A DNA stretch of 64,000 bases from Candidatus Poribacteria bacterium (GTDB lineage Bacteria; Poribacteria; WGA-4E; WGA-3G): NCBI GenBank assembly GCA_963663765.2, contig CAXXUA010000003.1, positions 256,001 through 320,000 of the forward strand, read 5' to 3'. Below the pieces are notes generated by a model, which did no database searches, was not told the origin of the DNA, and saw only the letters and a list, made by a program, of their open reading frames with translations. Both the position numbers and the translations under genes were made by a program. This document shows, in pieces, positions 29,702 to 40,491 of this stretch (position 1 is the stretch's first letter; every line of letters begins with the position of its first letter).

Positions 29702-30512
29702 TTAGAATTCGTAACTGATTCCTACTTGTAGGTTTAACGGATTACCTGGTGTAAAGTGTATCTCTGATACCGGTTGTGTTTCATCGGCTAAACGTGACTC
29801 AGTGTCGAACTGTGCTTCGTTCCAATCAACATCAAAGAGGTTTTCAACCGCGACAAAATACTTAAATGCACCATACCCGTAAGAAAGTCCAAGATTCACC
29901 ACTGTATAACCTACAGCAGTCACACTATTGTCCTCATTAGCGGGACGATCACCGATGTGGCGATAACGTAAACTTGTGCTGAAACCGGTAGGATGGATAA
30001 CAGTTAATCCACCTGTTGAAGTAAGTCGAGGAGCCAGTGGGATATGATTTGCTTCAGAGGGTTCATCAACGAATATCCCATTTGACAGGTTCACATCTGC
30101 ATCTATCCACAACCACGAAAGAATCTGTGCACGTCCTTCAATGTCAATACCAATTCGCTGTGATTTACCACTGATTTCGGTTTCCCCCGCATCACCGACA
30201 AAAACCAATTCTTCGTCTAATTCCAACCACCATCCAGCAATCCCAATATTGAATCGTCCCCATAATCTATGACGAGTACCGATTTCAGCACCGATCGCCC
30301 GCGGCAACGTCCGAATGCCAGCGAACTCACGATTGAAATTCACCTCGGTGAGACGTTCAGTAATCTGATTGTCGTCTAATCCTTGATCTGAATATGTCCG
30401 CTCAAGGTTAGAGATAGTTCGTTCAATTACGACATCACGGGCATCGTTGGAGTGAAAACCTGTGCCAAAATTCAGAAACACATCTGACACTTCTATTGGA
30501 CTATAGACTATG
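29702..30512 (-). pseudogene. TonB-dependent receptor, C-terminal part (IS-interrupted)
   Basis: G.GFHSNDAR, ELVFVGDAG, ENLFD..WNEAQF, terminal Phe; rejoins 32259-33670 in frame when the IS is removed. Confidence 0.9.
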
Positions 30513-30596
30513 GTCGTAGTACCCACTGCCTAAAGGCAGGGGCTTGTGTTTCCTTGCGGACAGCCGATCTGAACTACGTCTTACGTCTGCTCCACT

Positions 30597-31709
30597 TTAG
30601 GCAGCTAAGCCTGCCTGTTTGATATTTATAGCGGCGTTTATGTCTCTATCGTGTTCGGTTTTGCACGTAGGACATGTCCAGTGTCTATCTGAAAGTGTTA
30701 GATTGCCGTTTTTGCGTCCACAGCTGCTACAAGGTTTTGTTGTGGAATCCCATTGCCTAATTTGAACAAGTTTTTTATCATGTTTTGCACACTTGAATTC
30801 CAACAATTGAACAAACTGATAGAAAGCGAGATCACTCACTTTTCGTCCCCAGAGGCGTTTCATGCCGTCTATATTCAGGGTTTCAAAGCACAAGGTATCA
30901 AAATGTCTGCAAAGGTCTGTAGCAAGTTTCCATTGCCAATCTAACCTCTGTCTTGATACTTTCCTATATTGTCTTGACAATGCACGCTTAGCACGATACC
31001 AGTTATTAGAACCCTTGACTTTTCTACTAAAAGACTTGTTCAAAGTTCGCAACTTATTCAGTGATTGTTTCAGATATTGTGGTGATTGTATTTTGTTTCC
31101 ATCTGAGAGTGTGAGATATGTTTTCAATCCGAAATCAAAGCCAGCACTTTCACCTGTCTTTGCTATGGGTTTCGGTGTGTAAACATTATCACAAGAAAAG
31201 CATATCCAGTAATCGCCACACTTGTCACGCTTGATAGTAATTGTTTTGATATCACCTGTTATTTCACGATGTTTATGAAAGGAAAACCACGCATCTATAC
31301 AGTTGATCTTGATACGGTTCCCTTCAAGTTTATAACCTGCCTGTGTAAAGGTCATAGAGTTGTATTTGTGTTGGAGTTTGATTTTCGGTCTACCTACTTT
31401 GCGCGTTGTTTTGTCTGATACTCGTTCTTTGATATTCCGAAAGAACGCATCATACGCTTTGCCCATACGCAGCACAACGTCTTGCACAACTTGACTCGGT
31501 AAGTCTGCCCAATGAGGCTTTGTTCGCTTTTTCAACTTCGCAACATGCGCATTCATTCTATAGGCAGATACGTTTTTGCCATACATACGGTAATATCTAC
31601 GCTGCAATCGCATAATATGCACATGAATCTGGTGCATATCGTCAAGCATATTGCCTAACTTGATAGTGTTCTTTTGATTTTGTATCTTGTATTTATAGGT
31701 TTTTTTCAT
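30597..31709 (-). CDS. tnpB: RNA-guided endonuclease TnpB
   Basis: RuvC residues intact (GFDFG, FETLN, DRDINAA); zinc ribbon CSSC...CPTC. Confidence 0.95.
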   Translation of the reverse strand: MKKTYKYKIQNQKNTIKLGNMLDDMHQIHVHIMRLQRRYYRMYGKNVSAYRMNAHVAKLKKRTKPHWADLPSQVVQDVVLRMGKAYDAFFRNIKERVSDKTTRKVGRPKIKLQHKYNSMTFTQAGYKLEGNRIKINCIDAWFSFHKHREITGDIKTITIKRDKCGDYWICFSCDNVYTPKPIAKTGESAGFDFGLKTYLTLSDGNKIQSPQYLKQSLNKLRTLNKSFSRKVKGSNNWYRAKRALSRQYRKVSRQRLDWQWKLATDLCRHFDTLCFETLNIDGMKRLWGRKVSDLAFYQFVQLLEFKCAKHDKKLVQIRQWDSTTKPCSSCGRKNGNLTLSDRHWTCPTCKTEHDRDINAAINIKQAGLAA

Positions 31710-32125
31710 TGTCCGCTTTGACTTTCAATATAGTCTTTTATAACTTCAAGGGTTACACCACCACAAGAACTAACGAATTTTGAACGCGTCCATAAAGACG
31801 GCAAGCGACTTTTCAAACTCGGATATTCTTCACGTAGAACTTTTGACGTATAAGCTTTGATTTTACCGATAACTTTATCAATAGAATCTGTTGGGGGTAT
31901 TTCTATCAGTAAATGGACATGTTCGGGTTGCGTTTCAACTTCCCTGATATAATACCTATATTCGTCCTGTTTTTCTTGTATGAGTTGTTTGAGCCTGCCT
32001 TGTATCTGTGCATCTAAAACTTTACGACGATACTTGGTACACCAAATTACGTGATATTGACAACTATAGATTGTCTTATTTGTTGTTCTATAATCACGTC
32101 TTTTATTTGATATTTTGAGCGGCAT
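31706..32125 (-). CDS. tnpA: IS200-type HUH (Y1) transposase TnpA
   Basis: YHVIWCTKYRR, EHVHLL (HUH), LWTRS.F, DYIESQ. Confidence 0.95.
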   Translation of the reverse strand: MPLKISNKRRDYRTTNKTIYSCQYHVIWCTKYRRKVLDAQIQGRLKQLIQEKQDEYRYYIREVETQPEHVHLLIEIPPTDSIDKVIGKIKAYTSKVLREEYPSLKSRLPSLWTRSKFVSSCGGVTLEVIKDYIESQSGQ

Positions 32126-32258
32126 AATATATAACCTTATTATATTAGTGTATAGTATATAATATCATATATTGATTAGATTGTCAAATATATATTAGGT
32201 TGACATATTAGCCGTCTACATCCCACAAGCTAAAGCATGGGGATTTGACGGAATAGTG

Positions 32259-33670
32259 TTAAACTTTGGATTGAGCATGGCTTCCTGTGCATATCCTGAA
32301 GCATGCGGTAAGACAACTGTGTCGTCAAACAATGTATCAAGATTGTCTTCTACATTAAAAGTAAAGTAATCTCCACGCAAACCGAGTTGGAATCGGAGTT
32401 TCGGGTTAATGATGACTTCTTGTTGTCCCCAAAGATATAGGTTGCGTTCAATTATTCCAGAATCCACTCTTTGTGTTAGTCTTCTTCTATTCGGACTATG
32501 CCACAGGCTGACAGCAATATCATCCGAACGAAATCCACCACCAAAGGTAGTATTAGAACGCATTGAATAAAATGATCGTCTGAATTGATATTCTGTGTTG
32601 AAACCAAGAATTGTGCGATCATCGGTCTGCTCAATCATATCACCGTTATCAGCATTATCAAGAAAAAAGGTAAAATTTGAGAAAAGTTTGAAGTTATACC
32701 GACTGAAATAAGGTTGAATCAAAAACTGACTATTGTCGTCATCCGTTAATGTATATGTAAGATTGAGATTTTGTCTACCAGTCTGACCACCTTCCAAATC
32801 GTCTACTGTCCCGAAACGTGAAAACAATCCACTATCAACAGCACGTTGAGGAATTTGACCAGAAGCATCCCATGCGGAAGAAAATGAACTTGCAGAAAAT
32901 GATAGTTCACTCGTTTCGTTCAGACGTGTATTGAATTTGCCGAAAAGATTTAATCGTTGGAAATCCTGTTCGCTTTCTACAGCACCGTCCGTATTGTAAA
33001 ACTGACCTGCAAAATAGGCATTGTGCTGTTCACTGGCTGTTGGCAATTGAAACATTCCAGTGAATTTTTGCGTGTTAAACTCACCACCCTCAATTTTCAG
33101 CAAGTTACCTTCAATACGGTCTTTTGTACGGTACATCACTGAACCCGCAGTTGAGAAATTGCCGTATCTGGCAAAATAGGGTCCCTTAAACACATCAATA
33201 GAATCCACTAATTCAGGTATGATAAAATGAAGATCTGCATAACCTTGTCCGTGACCATGTGAAACCATATTCACGGGAATACCATCAGATGAGATAGCGA
33301 CATCTGTTCCGTGATCAGCGTCGAACCCACGCAGAAAAATCTGTTCTGCTTTGCCGCCACCAGCGTGTTGTGCTATGACAAGCCCTGGCGCAAGTTGCAA
33401 CAGATCTTGTGCAGTGTTCACAGGACGTACATTCAGATCAAACTCCCGGATAGACATTGAGGACGCTGTGGAATAAGACCTTTCCCCTTCAACCAAAACT
33501 TTTCCAAGCTCAATCACTTTATCAGAATCTTCGGAATCGGTTTCAATATTCACATCTTCTTCTTGTGCCTGTGATATACCGTAAAACAACATCCATGAAA
33601 TAGACAATAGTGTTACTGTTAGACAAACGATTGATAGAACAATGTTTTTCATAAAACTCCTTAATATCAA
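32259..33670 (-). pseudogene. TonB-dependent receptor, N-terminal part (IS-interrupted)
   Basis: Plug motifs QHAGGGKAEQIFLRGFDADHGTD, HGHGQGYADL, KGPY.A.YGNF; likely start MKNIV. Confidence 0.9.
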
Positions 33671-33695
33671 GTGTGTATTTTATATTGTTGATTTA

Positions 33696-33920
33696 ACGAC
33701 TTGTGCCAGTTAACCAATTGTTTTTATAGTTATCACATATATTAGGTTTATAATGCACACATATCGTCCCTACGGGACTAAAGAGGATGTACTATGACGT
33801 TTTTCTATAAACATATCGTCCCTACGGGACTGAAGATCGTTTCAAACTATGAAGGACACCTGCAAAACGTCATGTTTATGTGAAACAATGATTAACATAT
33901 AGTTATTTAGCACAACTCGT
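33696..33920. mobile_element. MITE-like element, ACGACTTGTGC-end family
   Basis: TIR ACGACTTGTGC / GCACAACTCGT; internal ACATATCGTCCCTACGGGACT x2; first 75 bp recur inverted at about 51621-51696. Confidence 0.6.
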
Positions 33921-33943
33921 TGATTTATGTATTTTTATCATCT

Positions 33944-34095
33944 TATAGTGAAATCCAAAAATAAGTCTACACTCCCTAGTAGGTGCGGTTTCTAACCAAT
34001 GCAGAATACCATACGCGTACTCTGCCGGATTTATACACGTACGGTTAGTAAACCGTACCTACCGTTGTGTCCAATTAATTATGGATTTTACTATA
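33944..34095. mobile_element. MITE-like element, TATAGT-end family
   Basis: TATAGTGAAATCCA ... TGGATTTTACTATA; core GTAGGTGCGGTT...AACCGTACCTAC. Confidence 0.6.
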
Positions 34096-34097
34096 AT

Positions 34098-35156
34098 CTA
34101 AAACAGAGAAAGTTGGACGCCAGATAAGTCGCCATTTCCCGATATTATTTTAATCAGATCTGTGTTATTCATGATACCATCGACTCGGTCCGCGTTCTTA
34201 CCCCAAGCGTAAAGCGGCACATTGCTGACGGTATGTCCACCTGTAGACCAAGCGTATTCAGGCACTTTCCCCTTACCACTGTTTTTATGCACCTTCAATC
34301 CACCTGTTTCGTGGTCAGCAGTGACAAGAATTATGGTATCGTCATCAACGGATACCCGATCATAAACCGTTTGAACTGCCTTCGAAAACTCAATTGTCTC
34401 CAATAGCTGACGTTCAATATCATTGGAATGTCCAGCATGATCAATCCTCCCACCTTCCAAAAGCAGGAAAAACCCCTTTTTGTGTTGAGAGAGGATGTCT
34501 AATGCTACGGTTGCCATCTCCGACAAATGTGGTAGGTCGTTAGGACCATCAAACATAAATGGGATGTTGGTGCTACCGAACTGACCCGAAATATACCGTT
34601 CAGAATCGGTATTGAGGTGAAACAACCCATCACGATCAGTCACTACGGTATAGCCAGCGGTTTCAGCGCTTTCCACCGTCAGACCATTGCCACCCCCACC
34701 TAACAACACATTCGGACGTGTAAGATGAAGATAATCATGAGCAATTTCAGAGAGGTTATTTCGTTGTGGGTTATGAGCAGCAAACGCAGCGGGGGTCGCA
34801 TGCGTAATGTAGGTCGTTGAGACAAGTCCTGTGCACTTACCTAATTCCTTAGAAATCTCAAGAAGTGTTTTCAACGTGGTTCCGCTACCCGGAATTTCCA
34901 TGCTGATGACACCGTTGTTCACCTTGTGTCCAGTTGCAATGGCAGTAGCTGCAGCTGCAGAATCAGTCATAGGTGTATTCGCCGCGTACGTTTCTAATTC
35001 TGCATGGTGAGGAAACTGTTCAAATGAGAGAGTTCCTGTTTCCCCTGATGCATAATAACTCGCAGCTTTGACCGCTTCAAACCCCATGCCATCACCGATA
35101 CAAATTATCACATTTTTTGGGAAACAGGAACCTACAACTGGTAATTCTGACTCCAT
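34098..35156 (-). CDS. Alkaline phosphatase (PhoA family), no signal peptide
   Basis: IGDGMG, TDSAA (catalytic Ser), THATPA, EGGRIDHAGH, TADHETGG, GGHT. Confidence 0.92.
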   Translation of the reverse strand: MESELPVVGSCFPKNVIICIGDGMGFEAVKAASYYASGETGTLSFEQFPHHAELETYAANTPMTDSAAAATAIATGHKVNNGVISMEIPGSGTTLKTLLEISKELGKCTGLVSTTYITHATPAAFAAHNPQRNNLSEIAHDYLHLTRPNVLLGGGGNGLTVESAETAGYTVVTDRDGLFHLNTDSERYISGQFGSTNIPFMFDGPNDLPHLSEMATVALDILSQHKKGFFLLLEGGRIDHAGHSNDIERQLLETIEFSKAVQTVYDRVSVDDDTIILVTADHETGGLKVHKNSGKGKVPEYAWSTGGHTVSNVPLYAWGKNADRVDGIMNNTDLIKIISGNGDLSGVQLSLF

Positions 35157-35193
35157 ACATACCCCTTTTCTTTTTACTTGCTAACAACACCTA

Positions 35194-35349
35194 ATACCAA
35201 TTCAAATAAATCTTGTCTCATTATGGAATTCTACTGTTTACTGGCAGGGGGTTACTCTCTTCGGTATGAGCGACCTCACGGTCGCGACCGGGAGGTCGCT
35301 CATACCAGATTTCCGCTGCTAATGAGACATTATCACTTGAAAATGGTAT
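35194..35349. mobile_element. MITE-like element, ATACCA-end family
   Basis: ATACCAATT...AAATGGTAT; same GAGCGACCTC..GGTCGCGACC..GAGGTCGCTC core as 1271-1312. Confidence 0.6.
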
Positions 35350-35504
35350 AACTATGAATTTACCAATTCAATTGTCCGAAATGTACTATTGTAGGAGGGG
35401 TTTGTAACCCCGATTTCAGAGAACACGTATAACAAATCGGGGTTACAAACCCCTCCTACGAAGATCTATTGTGCCAATTGAATGCTTCTGAAGAATTTGC
35501 CAAT

Positions 35505-38500
35505 TCAATTGACAAGAAGTTCATTAAATAATGAGCGAGTTGTTTCTGTCCACTTACCGTAGTCCTGTAAGAATACCTCTACGGTCTGTGTTCCTTCATT
35601 GTCAGCGTAACCAAGTCTCTTTGCTAAGTGAGCTAATTCAGTTCGTTGTGTTGGTAGTGCATCTAAAGCACGGTCATGCACAATTCTCAACGCATTTTCA
35701 ACCCGTCGTAAAAACCGATATGCATCCGATAAACCGACACTTTGCTTCTCTGTAAGAACACCGAATTCATGCAACTTGTCAATTGCAAGCAGCGTATTTG
35801 GTTCGCGAATCTTGGGTATATCTGTCCCATGTTTGAGCTGCAGTGTCTGCACAGCGAATTCAATGTCAACAAGTCCACCATAACCCGATTTCACATTAGC
35901 AGTTGGACGTTGTGTTCTTCCACTTCTTCTACGTCTCGATTTCGACTTTCGTGTCGCTTGTGCCTCCTTGCGTTGTCTTGTCCGCACAATCTCTGCGATT
36001 TCTTCTGATGTGATCGGTTGCCTATAACAGAATGCATGAGCAGTCTCAATAAATTGGTTACCAACACCTTCCCGATCCCCCGCAACAACCCGCGCCCGTG
36101 TAAGGGCTTGCCGTTCCCAGATTTCTGCAGCAGTGTCATAGTAATGCTGATATCCCTCCAGAGGTAAAGCTATCGCACCTCCAGTACCATAAGGTCGCAA
36201 ACGTAGATCAAGTTCATATATGCTCATTCCGTGTTCACCCCCCAGTTGCTTCACTAACGCCAAACCCAGTGCTGAATAATACTCCGAATTCGGCATACCC
36301 TCACTTGTCTTACCATCAGCAGAATAAACATACATCACATCCAAATCTGAACTGAAGTTGAGATCTCGACCGCCGAATTTACCCATCGCAATTACAGCAA
36401 AGGTAACAGGTGTTCCATCCTCACTCAAGGGGACACCGTGCTGTTCACGAAGTTGTGCGTCAATCTTTGGATAGATTGTCTGCAAAATTGCCTCTGCTAA
36501 GTCAGATAGTTCTTCGGTTGTGGTTGGTAGGTCTGCATTCCCTATGATATTCCTGATAGCAATCCGCCATATTTCATCATTCTTATAACGTCTGAGTGTC
36601 TTTTGAACATCTGCCCCACCAGTATTCGTCAGAATCTGTGATACCTCATCCTGTTTTTGTGTGAGTGTTTTGGGAAATTCAGTAAAGGTCGGGATTGTTA
36701 ACAGATCAAATAATTCTGGACTTGCGATGAGTAAATCTGCCAAGTATAGACTTGAACCACAAACACTTGTGATCGCCTCAAGCGCACCATGTCTTTCCAT
36801 GAACATGGTATAATAACTACTCCGCGCCCCAACTTTCGCTGCAAACGCATCAAAATAGCGGAGTGCCATATCCGGATCCGGGGTTTTGCCTAAGCAGGTC
36901 AACAGGTTGGGGGCAAGTTTAAAGAATGTCCGCCGAACAGATGGAGAGAACTGCTGCCCCTCACTCCCATTGGCAAGCTGCTTAAGTAGACGATGTGCCT
37001 CTCGTGTATTCTCAAAACCATACTTACCTAACTGCGTCTGTATTACTTCAAGGTCGTCTTGACTAAGCAGCACAGCAATATCTAACTGATCCGGATCGTG
37101 AACATCCATCACTTTTTCAAATATTTCACGAACTCTGGTAACATGTTTTTTGTAGGCATTTTGGAAGGTTACAATTGCATTTTCACGGTATCCCAACCTT
37201 CTGGCAAGTTGATATTCCTCCTCTGCTTTTGCTGGTACAGAGTAACGTTGTTGATCCGACTCAATTTGGATACTGTTTTCAACCCTACGCAAAAACCGAT
37301 ATGCATCTACCAATCTATCAACATCATTGGAGTCAAGCAACCTGTTCTCCTTCAAAGACGCAAGTGTCTCCAACGTATTCTGTGAACAGAGAGACCTTCG
37401 CTTGCCACCATGTATCATCTGAAGACACTGCACAGTAAACTCAATATCACGTATAGCACCCGGACCGAGTTTGACATGCTTGTCAAGGTCAGCCTTCTCA
37501 TTAACAAGTCTTACCTCAATGCGAGCTTTTGTGTTGCGAATATCAACTTTGATTTCATTGAGAGTCACACCGTCTAAGTACCGTTGGTATACAAAGGGGT
37601 GGATCATGCGTATGAATTCATCACCAAAATCTAAATCCCCCGCAACAGGACGCGCTTTGATCAAAGCCTGACGCTCCCACAGATCTCCCCAACCTTCATA
37701 GTAAGTCTCATAACTTTCCATAGAACGGATAATCACACCCGCACTACTCTCTGGACGCAAGCGGATGTCCACGCGAAACACATACCCATCCGCTGTCACC
37801 TCACTCATTGACCTAATAATAAACTCACACAACCTCGAGTAATACTCAGAATTGTCAATCCCTTCATCGGTTTTCCCCTCATCCGAACAGACAAAAATAA
37901 GATCAATATCTGAACTAAAGTTGAGCTCAAATCCACCGAGTTTTCCCATGCCAATAATAACAAAACGACATGGCGCTGTACCTTCCTCATTCATCGGGGT
38001 ACCAAACTTCTGTTTCATTATTTGGTCTCTCCCGATTTCATAGCAATGTTGGAGTGACGCTTCTGCTAAATTAGACATCTCCAACGTAGTGGTCTCAACA
38101 TCAGTCGCATGAAGCAGGTCACGTAAGGCGATACGGAGACTCTCACGACGCTTATATTGACGTATGATACGAAGTTTTTGGTCAACATCCTTATATCTGT
38201 TAAGCGATCTACCAAGTTCGTGATACATGATGTCACGGGTCTTCGTAACTCCCATCACATGTGCATCAATTATGTCGTAAAAATAGATAGGATTGCGAAT
38301 TAGTATGTCTGATAGGTATGTCGATGCACCAAAACAATGTATCACCGTTGGGATCAGAAACGGGGCATCGCGCAACAGCTGATAGAGCCATTTACGATTG
38401 AAGATGCCAACGGCAAAGCGAGAAAAGTTATTTAATGCAGCGTTTGGGTTAGGTGAGTCAAGACAAGTTTCTAAAAAAGGAATGACAATTTCCGTAAAAC

Positions 38501-38657
38501 ATAATTGTATCTCTACATCATCGGTAAGGAGTTCCTGCAGTCCTCGCAAAATCGATTCGGTATCAACATATATATCACTATCGGTCGTACTGTACAATAA
38601 CCGATGAATTTCTTCTCTCTGCTGATGGGGGAGTGGTAAGTCAACGATATTCATCAT
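35505..38657 (-). CDS. glnE: Bifunctional glutamine synthetase adenylyltransferase/deadenylylase
   Basis: Two NT domains: GMGKLGG.ELNFSSDIDL / RVD.RLRP / WERQA and AMGKFGG.DLNFSSDLD / DLRLRP / K...GGLVDIEF. Confidence 0.96.
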   Translation of the reverse strand: MMNIVDLPLPHQQREEIHRLLYSTTDSDIYVDTESILRGLQELLTDDVEIQLCFTEIVIPFLETCLDSPNPNAALNNFSRFAVGIFNRKWLYQLLRDAPFLIPTVIHCFGASTYLSDILIRNPIYFYDIIDAHVMGVTKTRDIMYHELGRSLNRYKDVDQKLRIIRQYKRRESLRIALRDLLHATDVETTTLEMSNLAEASLQHCYEIGRDQIMKQKFGTPMNEEGTAPCRFVIIGMGKLGGFELNFSSDIDLIFVCSDEGKTDEGIDNSEYYSRLCEFIIRSMSEVTADGYVFRVDIRLRPESSAGVIIRSMESYETYYEGWGDLWERQALIKARPVAGDLDFGDEFIRMIHPFVYQRYLDGVTLNEIKVDIRNTKARIEVRLVNEKADLDKHVKLGPGAIRDIEFTVQCLQMIHGGKRRSLCSQNTLETLASLKENRLLDSNDVDRLVDAYRFLRRVENSIQIESDQQRYSVPAKAEEEYQLARRLGYRENAIVTFQNAYKKHVTRVREIFEKVMDVHDPDQLDIAVLLSQDDLEVIQTQLGKYGFENTREAHRLLKQLANGSEGQQFSPSVRRTFFKLAPNLLTCLGKTPDPDMALRYFDAFAAKVGARSSYYTMFMERHGALEAITSVCGSSLYLADLLIASPELFDLLTIPTFTEFPKTLTQKQDEVSQILTNTGGADVQKTLRRYKNDEIWRIAIRNIIGNADLPTTTEELSDLAEAILQTIYPKIDAQLREQHGVPLSEDGTPVTFAVIAMGKFGGRDLNFSSDLDVMYVYSADGKTSEGMPNSEYYSALGLALVKQLGGEHGMSIYELDLRLRPYGTGGAIALPLEGYQHYYDTAAEIWERQALTRARVVAGDREGVGNQFIETAHAFCYRQPITSEEIAEIVRTRQRKEAQATRKSKSRRRRSGRTQRPTANVKSGYGGLVDIEFAVQTLQLKHGTDIPKIREPNTLLAIDKLHEFGVLTEKQSVGLSDAYRFLRRVENALRIVHDRALDALPTQRTELAHLAKRLGYADNEGTQTVEVFLQDYGKWTETTRSLFNELLVN

Positions 38658-38864
38658 CTATTCTCTATACATAACAAAACATGCAAGTCTATTTTATCAA
38701 ATACTTATCTGCAATTCAATTCAATTATTACTAATGAGTGAGTAAAATACTTATGAAAAAAACAAATACTATTGGCAAGATTATACATTGAAAACGTTAA
38801 ATCGCAAATATTCTTGCTATCAAGTACGCAATTACATATAATCACAATGCTTTTACCACACAAT

Positions 38865-39574
38865 TATAGTAGACTTTAGAATTAATCGGGCATGATATTA
38901 GGTTCGGTTAGGAAACCGAACCTAACGGGGGTGTTGTAGCACAAACTTTTAGAATGTGTCCGCATCCGTACAACTAAATGAAGATTAATTTATTAATTAA
39001 TTTATTAATTGGGTAATAAGACATTTCTCCAACGGTAGGCGGGGAATGCCTAAAGAAGCATGCGCGTATGGCATGCTCCATGATTCATACCCGGAGAATG
39101 CCAAAAGGCATTCATACCGTTGATTTCTTGATTTAGTGCTTTGTAAGCGCGCTGTTGGGACTTGATGTGCCAGCGCGCTTACAAAGCACGCCTACCAAGG
39201 AGAGGTTACATAGAATTACCGAATTATAGTAAAACTCGTAATTATTTGCACATACGGCACGGAACGTAGGGGTTGGGTAACCCAACCCCATTGGCGTCAA
39301 TTTAAGAAAATATTGTTGTCATTTTTCTTGTGGGAGGGGTTTTCAACCCCGATTTGAGCGGAAATGCACTAAAAAATCGGGGTTGAAAACCCCTCCCACA
39401 AGAGGTGAAAATCCTTAAATTGACGCCTATGGGGTTGGGTAACCCAACCCCTACAAAAGTGTTATGTGAGATCCTATCGCGGAGTGTAAACATATTTTCG
39501 GATTCTACTATAATAAATTAATCTTCATAAAGTTTGATGCTCAAAATGTCCAAATAATTATATGTTTTACTATA
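38865..39574. mobile_element. Nested stack of four MITE-like elements with REP-like cores
   Basis: Concentric TIR pairs 38865/39574 (TATAGT), 38978/39528 (ATGAAGATTAATTTATTA), 39225/39512 (TATAGT), 39293/39427 (GGCGTCAATTTAAG). Confidence 0.7.
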
Positions 39575-39608
39575 CTTACTACTATTCAATATATCCTTGG
39601 AGTTGTAG

Positions 39609-40412
39609 ATGCACATCGGTTTAATGGAAGGCACAATTCACCGTGAAACGTTAGGTGAAACCCTTGATGCTGTTGTAGATTACAACATTCATCACTTGCA
39701 ATATCATGTTTCTCCCGCTTCAAAATCATACCATGAAGTTCGCAAAGAATTGGATACCCGTCTGATAAAGATAGCCGCACTGTCTGGAACATATAACATG
39801 ATTGATCCTGATATACAAAAACGTGAAGCAGGTTTGCAGAAGTTACGATATGTTGCATCACAGTGTAAGACACTTGGCACTTCGGTTGTGACACTCTGCA
39901 CAGGTTCCCGTGATCCTCACAGCATGTGGCGCGCACATCCTGAGAATAACACTACTGCTGCTTGGAACGATCTTGTCCAATCAATGGAAAAGGCATTGCA
40001 GATCGCTGAAGAATACAGTGTAACGTTGGCTTTTGAACCTGAAGTATCAAACGTTGTTGACTCAGCACAAAAAGCACGGAAATTGTTGGATGAAATGCAA
40101 TCCCCCTATCTCAAAGTGGTTATGGATGGTGCGAATATCTTCCATAAGGGAGAATTACCGAAAATGCATGATATTCTGAACGAAGCGTTCAACTTACTCG
40201 GTGATGACATTGCACTTGCTCATGCAAAAGATTTGGATAGGGACGGTGAAGCAGGCAACCTTGCTGCAGGCACAGGACTACTGAATTTTGATCAGTATCT
40301 TACTCTACTAAAAGAAAGCGGCTATGAAGGTGCAGTCGTACTACACGGTCTATCGGAAGAACAGATACCTTACTGTGTCCAGTTTCTAAGAGAAAAGATT
40401 AATTCCATATAA
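39609..40412 (+). CDS. Sugar phosphate isomerase/epimerase (AP endonuclease 2 TIM barrel)
   Basis: LAFEPE, VMDGAN, AHAKD, G.G.LNF motifs. Confidence 0.88.
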   Translation: MHIGLMEGTIHRETLGETLDAVVDYNIHHLQYHVSPASKSYHEVRKELDTRLIKIAALSGTYNMIDPDIQKREAGLQKLRYVASQCKTLGTSVVTLCTGSRDPHSMWRAHPENNTTAAWNDLVQSMEKALQIAEEYSVTLAFEPEVSNVVDSAQKARKLLDEMQSPYLKVVMDGANIFHKGELPKMHDILNEAFNLLGDDIALAHAKDLDRDGEAGNLAAGTGLLNFDQYLTLLKESGYEGAVVLHGLSEEQIPYCVQFLREKINSI

Positions 40413-40491
40413 GAATAGACTAAAGTAGATTATGTTAGGCAAGACTTCAAACAGCGTATTTCGGAGAGTGACTGCATATTTCAGTCTATAG

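Larger units (their letters stand above)
30513..32258 (-). mobile_element. IS200/IS605-family element (tnpA+tnpB), 1746 bp, inserted 3' of TTTAA
   Basis: Left-end hairpin CCGTC..ATCCCCATGCTTTAGCTTGTGGGAT..GACGG; right-end hairpin CCCCTGCCTTTAGGCAGTGGG; no TSD; excision restores K-F-N-I-V-Y-S-P (junction ambiguous by 1 nt). Confidence 0.92.

Noticed and set aside
30513-32258. IStron (group I intron fused to the IS) that would splice and rescue the receptor
   Set aside because: Only about 130 bp separate the left end from tnpA, too little for a group I core
39302-39493. Small ORFs over repeats (also 1145-1363, 11094-11322, 27008-27406, 51231-51515)
   Set aside because: Their shared peptides (GRGFxP, LKTPPTRK) come from MITE/REP sequence, not genes
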